64,000 bases of DNA, taken from positions 234,894-298,893 of the forward strand of contig CAVRZA010000003.1 in assembly GCA_963725665.1 (NCBI GenBank), written 5' to 3'. A program made the translations under genes and the position numbers. A model generated the notes under the pieces. The model did not search any database and was not told the origin of the DNA. It saw only the letters and a program-made list of their open reading frames with translations. Within the stretch, counting starts at the first letter, position 1. The number at the start of each line of letters is the position of its first letter. The stretch comes from an uncultured Actinomycetes bacterium (GTDB taxonomy: Bacteria > Actinomycetota > Thermoleophilia > UBA2241). This document shows, one piece after another, positions 40,430 to 52,639 of this stretch.

Positions 40430-41188
40430 GTGGAGGGGGGTCGAGACGGGGGCGAGGGAAGCGTCTTTCGGCGCGTCGTCCTCAAGCTGAGCGGACAGGC
40501 TCTCGCCGGCGAGGGCCACAAGGCCATCGATCCCGCTCGCACGCAGGAGATCGCGGCGCACGTCTCGCGGGCGCGCGAGATCGGCGTCGAGATCGCCATC
40601 ATCGTGGGCGGCGGCAACATCTTTCGCGGCGTCGCGGCGGCCACGCGAGGCATGGACCGCGCGACGGCCGACTACATCGGCATGATCGCCACGGTGCAGA
40701 ACGCCCTCGCGCTGCAGGACGCCCTCGAGCACGACGGCCTGGTCGTGCGTGTCATGAGCGCCATCGAGATCCGGTCGGTCTGCGAGCCCTACATACGACG
40801 CCGCGCGCTGCGCCATCTCGAACTGGGGAGAGTGGTGATCTTCGCCGCCGGCACGGGCAACCCGTACTTCTCGACCGACACGGCCGCGGCGCTGCGGGCG
40901 CTCGAGATCGACGCCCAGGCGATCCTCATGGCGAAGCGTGAGTACGACGGGGTCTACGACGACGACCCCGCGATCAACCCGCAGGCGAAGTTCATCCCTG
41001 AGATCACGCACCTCGAGGCCATCGAGCGCGGTCTGCGCGTCATGGATACCACCGCCCTCTCACTGTGCATGGACAACCACCTGCCCATCTACGTCTTCAA
41101 GATGACCGGCGACAACATCGCCAAGGTCCTCGCGGGGGAGCGCGTCGGCACGGTCGTGAGCGATCGTCCGGTGCGCGCCGGGACCTGA
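40430..41188 (+). CDS. pyrH: UMP kinase
   Basis: LKLSG, VGGGNIFRG, GTGNPYFSTD. Confidence 0.97.
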   Translation: MEGGRDGGEGSVFRRVVLKLSGQALAGEGHKAIDPARTQEIAAHVSRAREIGVEIAIIVGGGNIFRGVAAATRGMDRATADYIGMIATVQNALALQDALEHDGLVVRVMSAIEIRSVCEPYIRRRALRHLELGRVVIFAAGTGNPYFSTDTAAALRALEIDAQAILMAKREYDGVYDDDPAINPQAKFIPEITHLEAIERGLRVMDTTALSLCMDNHLPIYVFKMTGDNIAKVLAGERVGTVVSDRPVRAGT

Positions 41189-41216
41189 AGTCCGCCTTTC
41201 GACGGAAGGAGCCGAC

Positions 41217-41774
41217 GTGGAGAAAGAGCTGCTCGACGAGGCCAAGGCGCGCATGGCGAAGGCCGTGGAGGCGACGCGGACGGAGTTCAACACCGTGCGC
41301 AGCGGGCGCGCCTCGACCGGCCTGCTCGACCGCGTGCACGTCGACTACTACGGCGCCTCGACGCCGCTCAGACAACTGGCGAACATCGCCGTGCCCGAGG
41401 CTCGGCTGCTCACCATCACGCCCTACGACAAGGGCTCCATCCGCGCCATCGAGAAGGCCATCCTCGAGTCCGACCTGGGGCTCAACCCGAGCAACGACGG
41501 CACGATCATCCGCCTGCCGGTACCCACTCTGACCGAGGAGCGCCGCCGCGACCTCGTGAAGCTGGTCCATCGCCTGGCTGAGGACGGACGCGTCGCCGTA
41601 CGCAACATCCGCCGCGACTGCATGAAGGACCTGAAGGAGCTGCGCGAGGAAGGCATGGTGGGCGAGGACGCCGAACGCCGTGCCGAGGAGCAGTTGCAGA
41701 AGCTGACCGACCAGCACGTGCACGAGATCGACGAGCTCCTGAAGCACAAGGAGCAGGAGATCATGGAGGTCTAG
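41217..41774 (+). CDS. frr: Ribosome recycling factor
   Basis: RSGRA, DYYG, LTEERR, VRNIRRD. Confidence 0.97.
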   Translation: MEKELLDEAKARMAKAVEATRTEFNTVRSGRASTGLLDRVHVDYYGASTPLRQLANIAVPEARLLTITPYDKGSIRAIEKAILESDLGLNPSNDGTIIRLPVPTLTEERRRDLVKLVHRLAEDGRVAVRNIRRDCMKDLKELREEGMVGEDAERRAEEQLQKLTDQHVHEIDELLKHKEQEIMEV

Positions 41775-41857
41775 GCTCCGCGCGTCTCACGGCGCGGACC
41801 GCCGCTCGCCATGGTCACCCTCAATCACGGTCGCCGCGCCTGCGGCGCCCCCCTGCG

Positions 41858-42618
41858 ATGAGCCGCCTCTCGCTGTGGCGGCGTCTCCGCGGCGGTGCGC
41901 TCAAGCCGGCCGCCGAGCCCGCCGCGGGCGGCGCGGCATGCCGCTACCTCGCCATCATCATGGACGGCAACGGGCGCTGGGCGCAGCGCCGCCACGTGCC
42001 CGTGGCCGCAGGCCATCGGGCAGGCGCCAAGGCGCTGCGCCGCGTCGTCGAGCGTGCCATCGACCGCGACATCCTGGAGCTCACGGCGTTCACGTTCTCG
42101 ACCGAGAACTGGAACCGTTCGCCGGAGGAGGTCGCGGCCATCGTCGACCTCTTCCTGGAGCAGGTGGCCACCGAGGTGCCCGAGGTGCAAGCGCGCGGCG
42201 CGCGGGTGCGTTTCCTCGGCCGACGTGAGGGCCTCGAGGAGCGCCTGACGGCGGCCATGGACGCCGCCGAGGCGGCCAACCCGCGCGACGCGCGCATGAC
42301 GCTCTACATCGCCTTCAACTACGGCGCGCGGGCCGAGATCCTCGACGCGCTGCAGGCGCTGGTGTCAGAGGCCGCCGCGGGGGGTTCGCAGGTGAGCGAG
42401 GAGGCGCTGCGCGCGCACTTCTACGCCCCTGAGATGCACGATCCCGAGCTCCTCATAAGGACGAGCGGGGAGGAGAGGGTCTCCAACTTCCTCCTCTGGC
42501 AGATCGCCTACAGCGAGCTGTTGTTCGTCGAGAAGCTGTGGCCCGACTTCACGCCCGACGACCTCGACGAGGCCCTCGACGTCTACGCGCGCCGGGCGCG
42601 GCGCTTCGGAGGGCGCTG

Positions 42619-42619
<1 letters not shown>
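41858..42619 (+). CDS. uppS: Undecaprenyl diphosphate synthase
   Basis: IIMDGNGRWA, FSTENW, IRTSGEERVSNFLLWQ. Confidence 0.96.
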
Positions 42620-43404
<785 letters not shown>

Positions 43405-43437
43405 GCGCGGCGCCGGAGGTTGCGCGACGCGACATCC

Positions 43438-43552
43438 GAGAGAGCGCGGGATGTCTAAAAGAGTGTGTGATCACCGAAGAGTGTGCGATGGCTGTGAGTG
43501 CGGCGATGGCTAAGAGAGTGTGCGATGTCTGAGAGAGCAGATGATGGCTGAG
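43438..43552 (+). repeat. About 6 degenerate 17-20-bp direct repeats upstream of dxr
   Basis: Recurrent AGAGTGTGCGATG(G/T)CT-like units. Confidence 0.6.
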
Positions 43553-44791
43553 GCAGGAGGCCCGGTGGCGTCGGCTCCGCGATTCGTGCTCGTGCTCGGG
43601 TCGACCGGCTCCATCGGGCGCCAGGCCCTGGAGGTCATCTCGGCGACCCCAGGCTTGAGCGTCGCCGGCCTCGCGGCGCACGCCGACGTCGACGGCCTGC
43701 TGCAGCAGGCCGTCGACGCCGGCGTGCGCCTGCTCGCCCTGGGCGACGAGAGGCGCGCCGCAGAGGCACGCGAGCGGCTCGGGAGCCTGCCCGGCGGGCG
43801 GTCGCCACACAAGACCCTCAACGACGCGCGTGTCTTCGTCGGCGACGAGGGCGTCGAGGAGCTCATCGCAGTGGCTGCCGCCGAGGCGCAGGCCGGCGGC
43901 GCCGAGCTGATCGTGCTCAACGCCGTCGTCGGCGCCGCCGGCCTGCGCGCGACCATGGCGACCCTGCGCCGGGGCGTCACCCTGGCTCTGGCCAACAAGG
44001 AGAGCCTCGTCGCCGGCGGTCCGTTCGTGCTCGAAGCGGCCCGCCAGGACGGCGCGCGGATCCTCCCGGTCGACAGCGAGCACAGCGCCATCTTCCAGCT
44101 CCTCGAGGGCGAGCGGCCCCAGGCGATCGAGGAGATCCTCCTCACGGGCTCCGGCGGGCCGTTCCGCGGCCGCTCGCGCGCGGAGCTGCCCGACGTGACG
44201 GCCGACGACGCGCTACGCCACCCGACGTGGGTCATGGGTCCCAAGATCACCATCGACTCGGCCACGTTGATGAACAAGGGCCTCGAGGTGATCGAGGCGC
44301 ACTACCTCTTCGGCGTGCCCTATGAGCGCGTGACCGTCGTGATCCACCCGCAGTCGATCGTCCACTCGCTGGTGCGCTTCGCCGACGGAGCGCTGCTGGC
44401 GCACCTGGGTGTGCCCGACATGAGAGTGCCCATCGGCTACGCGCTGAGCTTCCCGGCGCGCGCCGACCTGCCCATGGTGGAGCGTCTCGACCTCTCGAAC
44501 CGTGCCCTCACCTTCGAGCCGCCCGACACGGAGACGTTCCGCTGCCTCGCGCTCGCCTACGCGGCCGGCAGCGCCGGGGGAGCCGCGCCCGCCGTGCTGA
44601 ACGCCGCCAACGAGGTGGCCGTGCACGCCTTCCTCGAAGGGAGGATCGGCTTCCTCGACATCGCTGCGCTGGTCGAGGAAGCCCTCGCCGCGCTCGGCGC
44701 CTCAGCGTGCGCCTCGATCGACGACATATACGCCGCCGACAGCGCCGCACGCGGGTTTGTGCTCAGGAAGCTAGGGCAAGCTTCCGAGTAG
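43541..44791 (+). CDS. dxr: 1-deoxy-D-xylulose 5-phosphate reductoisomerase
   Basis: LGSTGSIG, LANKES, PVDSEH, HPTWVMGPKIT, NAANE. Confidence 0.97.
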   Translation: MMAEAGGPVASAPRFVLVLGSTGSIGRQALEVISATPGLSVAGLAAHADVDGLLQQAVDAGVRLLALGDERRAAEARERLGSLPGGRSPHKTLNDARVFVGDEGVEELIAVAAAEAQAGGAELIVLNAVVGAAGLRATMATLRRGVTLALANKESLVAGGPFVLEAARQDGARILPVDSEHSAIFQLLEGERPQAIEEILLTGSGGPFRGRSRAELPDVTADDALRHPTWVMGPKITIDSATLMNKGLEVIEAHYLFGVPYERVTVVIHPQSIVHSLVRFADGALLAHLGVPDMRVPIGYALSFPARADLPMVERLDLSNRALTFEPPDTETFRCLALAYAAGSAGGAAPAVLNAANEVAVHAFLEGRIGFLDIAALVEEALAALGASACASIDDIYAADSAARGFVLRKLGQASE

Positions 44792-44792
44792 A

Positions 44793-46016
44793 ATGTCTGA
44801 AGTGGATGATTCGAATCCCATCTCCCCAGAAGAGAAACCGCGCCGCCGGCGTCCCGTGAGCGACCCGCGTCGCCGCGGCGACGGCGAGTCCGAAGAGCAG
44901 AGATCGCTGCTCGGCCGCTACTCCTGGCTCCTGCTCGTCGGCCTCGGGCTGGCGCTCGTCTTCTCGAGTTGGATGCTCGCCGTTGCCATCATCGGCCTCG
45001 CCTTCTTGATCCTCGTGCACGAGTTCGGCCACTTCCTCTTCGCCAAGTTGTTCGGCATGCGCGTGGAGAAGTTCTACATCGGCTTCCCGCCGGCGGCGGC
45101 CAAGAAGACCAGGGGTGAGACCGAGTACGGCATCGGCTGGATCCCTCTGGGCGGGTTCTGCAAGATCAGCGGCATGACGCCCGACGAGGAGGTGCCGCCC
45201 GACACCGGAGACCGCGTCTACTACAAGAAACCGGTGTGGCAGCGCAACCTGGCCATCTTCGGCGGACCGCTCATGAACTTCATCGCCGCGGCGGTGATCA
45301 TCTTCGTCTTCTTGGTCGTCGCCGGCGTGCCCAAAGCCTCGCTGACCATCGACTCGGTGATGCCCGGCACGCCGGCCGCAGGGATAGGGATGCAGCGCGG
45401 CGACACCCTGGTCGGGGCGAACGGCCAGCGCTGGACCGACTGGGAGCAGGCGACGGCGTTCCTCAAGGCGAACCCCAACAAGACGATCGAGCTCATCTAC
45501 AAGACGCCCAGCGGCGATCTCAAGACGGCGACCGTGCGGCTGGTCTCCAACCCCAACGACAAGCGCAGCGGCTACCTGGGTGTGCGCGTCGGCGAGACCA
45601 CCAGCCATCCCAACCCGGTCAGCGCCGCCAGGACCGCCGTTGTCACGACGGGTGACGTCATCTACCGCACCTTCGAGGGCTTCTACCTGCTCGTCACGGG
45701 CAAGATCAACCCGACCGGGCCCAACGGGGCAGTCGGCCCGGTCGGCATCGTCTCGGTCTCGCAGCAGGCCGTGCAGCAGCACTGGTACCCACTCTTCCTG
45801 GCCTTCATCAGCGTGAACCTGGGCATCATCAACCTGCTGCCCATCCTGCCCTTCGACGGCGGCCACATCTTCTTCAACACGCTGGAGCGCGTCCGCGGCG
45901 GTCGCCGCGTCGACAGGCGCGTCATCGAACGCATCGTGGCCGTGAGCGTGGCCGTGCTCATCACGCTCGCCATCTTCTTGACTTTCAACGACATCAGCCG
46001 GCTGATCAGCGGGTAG
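44793..46016 (+). CDS. rseP: RseP-like site-2 protease (M50, PDZ)
   Basis: HEFGH, IPLGGF, GPLMN, NLLPILPFDGG. Confidence 0.94.
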   Translation: MSEVDDSNPISPEEKPRRRRPVSDPRRRGDGESEEQRSLLGRYSWLLLVGLGLALVFSSWMLAVAIIGLAFLILVHEFGHFLFAKLFGMRVEKFYIGFPPAAAKKTRGETEYGIGWIPLGGFCKISGMTPDEEVPPDTGDRVYYKKPVWQRNLAIFGGPLMNFIAAAVIIFVFLVVAGVPKASLTIDSVMPGTPAAGIGMQRGDTLVGANGQRWTDWEQATAFLKANPNKTIELIYKTPSGDLKTATVRLVSNPNDKRSGYLGVRVGETTSHPNPVSAARTAVVTTGDVIYRTFEGFYLLVTGKINPTGPNGAVGPVGIVSVSQQAVQQHWYPLFLAFISVNLGIINLLPILPFDGGHIFFNTLERVRGGRRVDRRVIERIVAVSVAVLITLAIFLTFNDISRLISG

Positions 46017-46085
46017 CGCGGTCGCGTGACCGGTCGCGTGCCCGTCCGGCTTGCCGCGGGCGCTACCACGCCGGCTCGCCAGGGA

Positions 46086-46571
46086 CTACTTGAGGTGCAG
46101 GGAGGGGATGCGCTCGGCGAGCAGATCAAGAAGACCGGGGCGAAGCTCGCGGCGGTAGCGCTCAGGTGGGCGGGCCCGCAACTCCGCGACAATGAGCTCG
46201 GGGCGTGGCGGGACGACGATCGCGTCGAGCTGGCTGACCAACGGGGCGGGGCTTTGCGAGGTGGGGAGGAGGGGCGCGGCGAGCACTCGCCGTCGCAGCT
46301 CGTAGGCGAGGCCCAGAGCCCACACGACCCAGGGATCGCGGAGAGTGTCCTCGCCCAGCAGGCAGAGAGCGGCCGAGGCCCGGTTCATGCGCTGCGCGAG
46401 ACTGGAACGGATGTAGCATGCCCCGACGGTATCGAAGCGGTCGCTCACGAGCGCGACATCGACGCCCAAGCCGTAGCCCCTACGGAGATCGCTCACGAGC
46501 GACTGCGCAAGCGGCACGTCGCGCTCGACCATCGTCAGAAACAAGTGTCCTTTTGTCGGCGTGTCGGCCAC
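46086..46571 (-). CDS. Degenerate TIR-like (DUF1863-type) protein
   Basis: YIRSSLAQRMNRASAALCLLGEDTLRDPWVVWAL resembles the TIR-like IR.RI..S..IVLIG..T..S.WV.WEI pattern; GAGGGAG RBS. Confidence 0.5.
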   Translation of the reverse strand: MADTPTKGHLFLTMVERDVPLAQSLVSDLRRGYGLGVDVALVSDRFDTVGACYIRSSLAQRMNRASAALCLLGEDTLRDPWVVWALGLAYELRRRVLAAPLLPTSQSPAPLVSQLDAIVVPPRPELIVAELRARPPERYRRELRPGLLDLLAERIPSLHLK

Positions 46572-46744
46572 GGCTCCCTCGCCCTCCTCGGCTCGTGAGC
46601 ATGCGGTTGCCTTCCGAGGAGCATTCGCCCCTGGCGACGGCGACACCTTCCGGCCTCTCCCTCAACCTCTCCCTGAAGGCGAAAGTCGCGCGGGGAGACG
46701 GCATCCGTAGCGGGACGAGGCGCCATCGCGTATCCTCGGGGCCG

Positions 46745-47809
46745 ATGGAGCGCAAAAAGACACGGCAGATCCACGTCGGGCCTGTCGCCGTGGGCGGCGG
46801 CACGCCGGTCGTTGTCCAGTCGATGACCTCGACGCCGACGGGCGACGAGAGGGCCACGCTCGACCAGATCGTGCGTCTGGCCGCTGCGGGTTGCGAGGTC
46901 GTGCGCGTCAGCCTGCCCTCGGTCGACGAGCAGGAGGCGTTCGCGCACATCGTCGAGCACTCGCCGCTGCCGGTCATCGCTGACATCCACTTCGACTACC
47001 GCCTCGCCCTGATGGCGCTCGAGCGTGGCGCGGCCGGGGTGCGCGTCAACCCTGGCACCATCGGGCCGCAGCGCGTCGTGCGGCAGATCGTGGAGAAGGC
47101 CGCGCGGCACGGGGCCGCCGTGCGCATCGGCGTCAACTCGGGGTCGCTGCCGCGCGCGCTGCGTGAGCTGGCGCGCGCGCAGCCTGTCGAGGCCCTTGTG
47201 CGGGCAGCCGTCGGCTTCGCCGAGCGCTTCGATGAGTGGGGCTTTCGCGAGTTCAAGATCTCGGTGAAGTCGTCGAGCGTGCCCGACACCGTGGCCGCCT
47301 ACCGGTTGCTGAGCGAGCGCACCGACGCGCCGCTGCACATCGGCGTCACTGAGGCCGGCACCGTCTGGGGCGGCACGATCAAGAGTGCCGTCGGCATCGG
47401 CACGCTACTGGCCGAGGGCATCGGCGACACGTTGCGCGTGTCGCTCACCGGCGACCCCGTGGAGGAGGTGCGCGTCGCCTGGGCGATCCTCGCGGCGCTC
47501 GAGCTGCGGCGGCGAGGGCCCAACCTGATCTCGTGCCCGACCTGCGGTCGCACCGAGCTCGATCTGGCGGCCCTCGCCGCCGCGGTCGAGCGCCGCCTGC
47601 AGGCCTACGCGGCGCCCATCTCGGTCGCCGTCATGGGCTGTCGCGTGAACGGACCCGAGGAGGCGCGCCTGGCCGACTTCGGCATCGCCGGCGGCAGGGG
47701 CGAGGGGGTCGTCTTCGCCGGCGGGCGCAAGGTCGCCACAGTGTCCGAAGACAAGCTCGTCGAGGCGCTGTTCGCGGAGATCGACCGCGTGGTCGTCGAT
47801 CTCAGCTAG
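46745..47809 (+). CDS. ispG: HMBPP synthase
   Basis: VQSMT, IADIHFD, RIGVNSGS, HIGVTEAG, SCPTCGR, VMGCRVNGP. Confidence 0.97.
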   Translation: MERKKTRQIHVGPVAVGGGTPVVVQSMTSTPTGDERATLDQIVRLAAAGCEVVRVSLPSVDEQEAFAHIVEHSPLPVIADIHFDYRLALMALERGAAGVRVNPGTIGPQRVVRQIVEKAARHGAAVRIGVNSGSLPRALRELARAQPVEALVRAAVGFAERFDEWGFREFKISVKSSSVPDTVAAYRLLSERTDAPLHIGVTEAGTVWGGTIKSAVGIGTLLAEGIGDTLRVSLTGDPVEEVRVAWAILAALELRRRGPNLISCPTCGRTELDLAALAAAVERRLQAYAAPISVAVMGCRVNGPEEARLADFGIAGGRGEGVVFAGGRKVATVSEDKLVEALFAEIDRVVVDLS

Positions 47810-47856
47810 GGCGACGCCCGCCTGGGCCTCATCCCTGTGCGAAGCAAGTCGGCAAA

Positions 47857-47909
47857 CGAGTGAGCGGCGGGCGGGCTGCCCCGAGGGCAGCCCGCCCGCC
47901 GCTCACTCG
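47857..47909. terminator. Perfect 25-bp-stem hairpin between convergent genes
   Basis: CGAGTGAGCGGCGGGCGGGCTGCCC and its exact reverse complement, 3-nt loop. Confidence 0.75.
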
Positions 47910-47925
47910 CCGTTCGAACGGCCGC

Positions 47926-50900
47926 TCAGTACACCTTGAGGCGGTTCACGCCCACGATCAGCTGCTTGTTGCCAGCTCGGTCGGTGGCGTAGACCCAGAA
48001 GCGGTACGTGCTCCGCGCGAGCCCGCAGCGGAAACGGTATCTCTGGCTCGTGTTGACCCCGCGCAGTCCGGGCTTGAGGGTCTTCACCGTTCGTCCGCCC
48101 AGGGTCTTGATCCTGATCGTGACCGTCGCCTTGCCGCACGTCGGCTTGAGGTCCTTGACGCTGTACCGGAGCGTCACGTAGCGGTTGCGGCGAACACTCG
48201 TACGATAGGGAGCGACCGTGGTCGGTTGCCGGGTGTCGATGTGGACATCCTTGGCTTTCGTCGTCTCGACGTTGCCGGCGAAGTCTGTGGAGCGGAACCC
48301 GACGGCGTTCAGGCCGTCGTTGCTGTGGTTCCGGAGGGCGGCGACGAGAAGCCAGCTGTTCTGCACCCAGGTCTTGCCGCCGTCAAGCGTGTACTGGGAC
48401 TCGGCAACACCGGAACGCAGGTCTGTCGCCGTGAGCGTCACCGTCACGTCGTGGTTGTGCCAGCCCGTCCCGCCGCCGGTCGCCGTCGTCGCCGGCGGCG
48501 CGGTGTCGATGGCGATCTTCGCGGTCTTGCTGACCTCGAGGTCTCCTCTCGTGTCCTCAGAGCGGTAGGCGAGGGTGTGGCGTCCGTCGTTGGAGTGGTC
48601 GCCCGGCGCGGGGATGGCAACCTCGGTGCCCCTCTTCCAGGCTCCGCCATCCACCGAGTGCTCCGTGAAGGCGACGCCAGAGGGGTCCTCGGCGGTGAGG
48701 GTCACGACAACAGCCTCATTCTGCCACGCCGAGTTCCACTTGGAGGTCGTGCTCGAAGCCGTCGTGTTCGGCGCCAGGCTTTCCGGAGGTACTCCCTCGG
48801 TCTTCACGGAGGACGTCTGGGTGCTCTCCACGTTGTCGGTGTTGTCGACCGAGCGGTAGTAGAGGGTATGGGTCACGCGCGTCTCGAGGGGCATGAACGA
48901 GACGGAGTCGCCCCTCGTCCACGTCGACTCGTCGTCGGCCCTGTACTCCGTGTAGGCCACTCCCGAGGCGCCGTCGGTGGCCTTGAGGGTTACCGTCACC
49001 CAGTCGGTGTGCCAGACGTCATCGGCGCCTGTCTGCGTCGTGACCGGGGGTGTGGCGTCGACCTTGACGTGCATCGTGTTCGGAGGCTCGGCGTTGCCCG
49101 CAGCGTCAGTCGAGCGGTAGTCGATCGTGTGATCGCCGTCGACGCTCACCATGACGCTGGTCGCCGTCTGCCAGCCGCCAACATCGATCCTGTACTGTGT
49201 GGTCGCGACTCCAGACCCGCCGGCATCGGTGGCCCTGAAGGTGACCGTCACAGGACCCTTCTGCCAGTTTCCCGTTGCACCCGACTGAGTGGTCGTGGGC
49301 ACCGTCAAGTCGATCTTGACGTGCACGGTAGTGGTGGCCTCCACGTTGCCTGCGTTGTCGGTCGAGCGGTAGCCCAGGGTGTGATCACCCTGCGTGTCGA
49401 GAGCCACGATGGTCCCGGTCTGCCAGAGACCGCCGTCGATACTGTACTCGGTCGTGGCCACCCCAGAACCTGTGTCGGTGGCGGACAGCGTCACCGCGAC
49501 GGCACCATTGTGCCAGGCGCCGTCGGCGCCCGTCTGCGTCGTGACCGGCGGCGTCGCGTCGCCGAAGCTGGCGCTGACGCTCAGGTCGGCGGTCACGTTG
49601 GTGTCGGTGCGGCTGGCGGTGGTGACGTTGTCGCTCCACTTCACGAACTGGTAGCCGGTGGCGGGCACCGCGGTCACCGCGGTGCCGTTCGCCCCGTAGG
49701 CGACGGTCTGCGGACTCGTGCCCTGGATCGAGCCGTGGGCACCCGCCGTGTAGGTGAGGGTGAAGGTGTCGATGGCGAAGCTGGCGCTGACGCTCAGGTC
49801 GGCGGTCACGTTGCTGTCGGTGCGCGGGTTGGCGGTCTTGCCGTCGCTCCAGCTGACGAAGTGGTAGCCGGTGGCCGGCACCGCGGTCACGGCGGTGCCG
49901 TCGCCCCGTAGGCGACGGTCTGCGGGCTCGTGCCCTGGATCGAGCCGTGGGCACCGGCCGTGTAGGTGAGCGTGAAGCTGTCGATGGCGAAGCTGGCGCT
50001 GACGCTCAGGTCGGCGGTCACATTGCTGTCGGTGCGGCTGGCGGTGGTGACGTTGTCGCTCCACTTGACGAAGTGGTAGCCGGTGGCGGGCACCGCCGTC
50101 ACCTCGCTGCCGTCGGCGCCGTAGGCCACGGTCTGCGGACTCGTGCCCTGATCGAGCCGTGGGCACCGGCCGTGTAGGTGAGGGTGAAGGTGTCGATGGC
50201 GAAGCTGGCGCTGACGCTCAGGTCGGCGGTCACGTTGGTATCGGTCCTCGGGTTGGCCGTCTTGTTGTCGCTCCACTTGACGAAGTGGTAGCCGGTGGCC
50301 GGCACCGCCGTCACGGCGGTGCCGTCGCCGCCGTAGGTGACGCGTCTGGGGCATGCGCCGCTGATCGAGCCGTGGGCGCCGGCGGCGTAGGTGAGGGTGA
50401 AGCTGTCGATGGCGAAGCTGGCCGTGACGCTGATGTCGGCCGTCACGTTGCTGTCGGTGCGCGGGTTGGCGGTGCTTGTTGTCGCTCCACTTGACGAAGT
50501 GGTAGCCGGTGGCCGGCACCGCCGTCACGGCGGTGCCGTCACCGCCGTAGGCGCACGGTCTGCGAGGCATCGGCCGTGATCGAGCCGTGGGCGCCGGCGG
50601 TGTAGGTGAGGCTGAAGGTGTCGATGGCGAAGCTGGCCGTGACGCTGATGTCGGCGGTCACGTTGCTGTCGGTGCGCGGGTTGGCCGGTGCTTGTTGTCG
50701 CTCCACTTGACGAAGTGGTAGCCGGTGGCGGGCACCGCCGTCACGGCGGTGCCGTCACCGCCGTAGGCGCACGCTCTGCGAGGCATCGCCCGTGATCGAG
50801 CCGTGGGCGCCGGCGGCGTAGGTGAGGGTGAAGGTGTCGATGGCGAAGCTGGCCGTGACGCTGATGTCGGCGGTCACGTTGCTGTCGGTGCGCGGGTTCT

Positions 50901-52350
50901 CGGTGCTGTTGTCGCTCCACTTGACGAAGTGGTAGCCGGTGTCCGGCACCGCCGTCACGGCGGTGCCGTCACCGCCGTAGGCGCACGCTCTGCGAGGCAT
51001 CGCCGCGTGATCGAGCCGTGGGCGCCGGCGGCGTAGGTGAGGCTGAAGGTGTCGATGGCGAAGGTGGCCGTGACGCTGATGTCGGCGGTCACGTTGCTGT
51101 CGGTGCGCGGGTTGTCGGTGCTGTTGTCGCTCCACTTGACGAAGTGGTAGCCGGTGTCGGGCACCGCCGTCACGGCGGTGCCGTCACCGCCGTAGGCGCA
51201 CGCTCTGCGAGGCATCGCCGGTGATCGAGCCGTGGGCGCCGGCCGCGTAGGTGAGGCTGAAGGTGTCGATGGCGAAGGTGGCCGTGACGCTGATGTCGGC
51301 CGTCACGTTGCTGTCGGTGCGCGGGTTCTCGGTGCTGTTGTCGCTCCACTTGACGAAGTGGTAGCCGGTGGCGGGCACCGCCGTCACGGCGGTGCCGTCA
51401 CCGCCGTAGGCGCACGCTCTGTGAGGCATCGCCCGTGATCGAGCCGTGGGCGCCGGCGGCGTAGGTGAGGCTGAAGGTGTCGATGGCGAAGGTGGCCGTG
51501 ACGCTGATGTCGGCGGTCACGTTGCTGTCGGTGCGCGGGTTCTCGGTGCTGTTGTCGCTCCACTTGACGAAGTGGTAGCCGGTGTCGGGCACCGCCGTCA
51601 CGGCGGTGCCGTCACCGCCGTAGGCGCACGCTCTGCGAGGCATCGCCCGTGATCGAGCCGTGGGCGCCGGCGGCGTAGGTGAGGCTGAAGGTGTCGATGG
51701 CGAAGGTGGCCGTGACGCTGATGTCGGCGGTCACGTTGCTGTCGGTGCGCGGGTTCTCGGTGCTGTTGTCGCTCCACTTGACGAAGTGGTAGCCGGTGTC
51801 GGGCACCGCCGTCACGGCGGTGCCGTCACCGCCGTAGGCGCACGCTCTGCGAGGCATCGCCGGTGATCGAGCCGTGGGCGCCCGCCGCGTAGGTGAGGCT
51901 GAAGGTGTCGATGGCGAAGGTGGCCGTGACGTCGACGTCGGCCGGTCACGTTGCTGTCGGTCCTCGGGTTGTCCGTGCTGCCGTCGCTCCACTGACGAAG
52001 TGGTAGCCGGTGTCCGGCACCGCCGTCACCGGGGTGCCGTCTGCCAGGTAGTCGACGGTCTGCGGGCTCGTGCCGTCGATCGCGCCGTCGGCGCCCGCCG
52101 TGTAGGTGAGGGTGTAGGTGTCGCCTACGTCGAGCGGACCGAGGGACCGGAGCGGATTCGCGCTCGCGCTCAGTACGCCCACCACCAGGAGAACCACGAC
52201 CAGTGCGACGGCCGCAAGGAGCACCTGGCTACGCATGCGCCGGCGACGACGGCGGGGGCGAGTGCCCGGGGCGCCCGTTCGCCCCCGCATCAGGCCTGTC
52301 AGCAGGCGGAACAAACCGGAGTGTGACCTAGTGCCCGGTCCAGAGTCCAT
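47926..52350 (-). CDS. Large surface protein: N-terminal TM/signal, 12 InlB-B-like repeats, about 6 Ig-like repeats (many frameshifts)
   Basis: Repeat TLTYAAGAHGSI..QTV.YG.DGTAVTAVP.TGYHFVKWSD; then D.TPP.TT...SGVA.TEY..DGG.W...YRSTD.AGNVE units. Confidence 0.82.
49560..52120 (-). repeat. 12 tandem ~213-215-bp repeats
   Basis: GYHFVKWSD-coding block counted 12 times. Confidence 0.9.
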
Positions 52351-52639
52351 GACCCCCCCTTGAACGAGGCGGACCGCCGCCCGCCGAGAGCTCACCACTC
52401 TGCTTATAACGCCCGCGGGAACGAGCGTCAAACGTGGTCACCCGTCTACGGCATCGCGGCGCCCGTCTCCCGCACCGCTGTTGTCAGGGTGGGAGACGCC
52501 TCCTTACAGGGGGCCTCTGTGCGGGCGTGGCCTTCCGCACTCGAAAGGGAAGCGCCACGGGTCGTTGTTCTGCACCGCTTGATCGAGCGTGGGCGGGGGA
52601 CAGCGGGTTGGGCTCCCCGCCCTAAGAGCGCCGCCGCGG

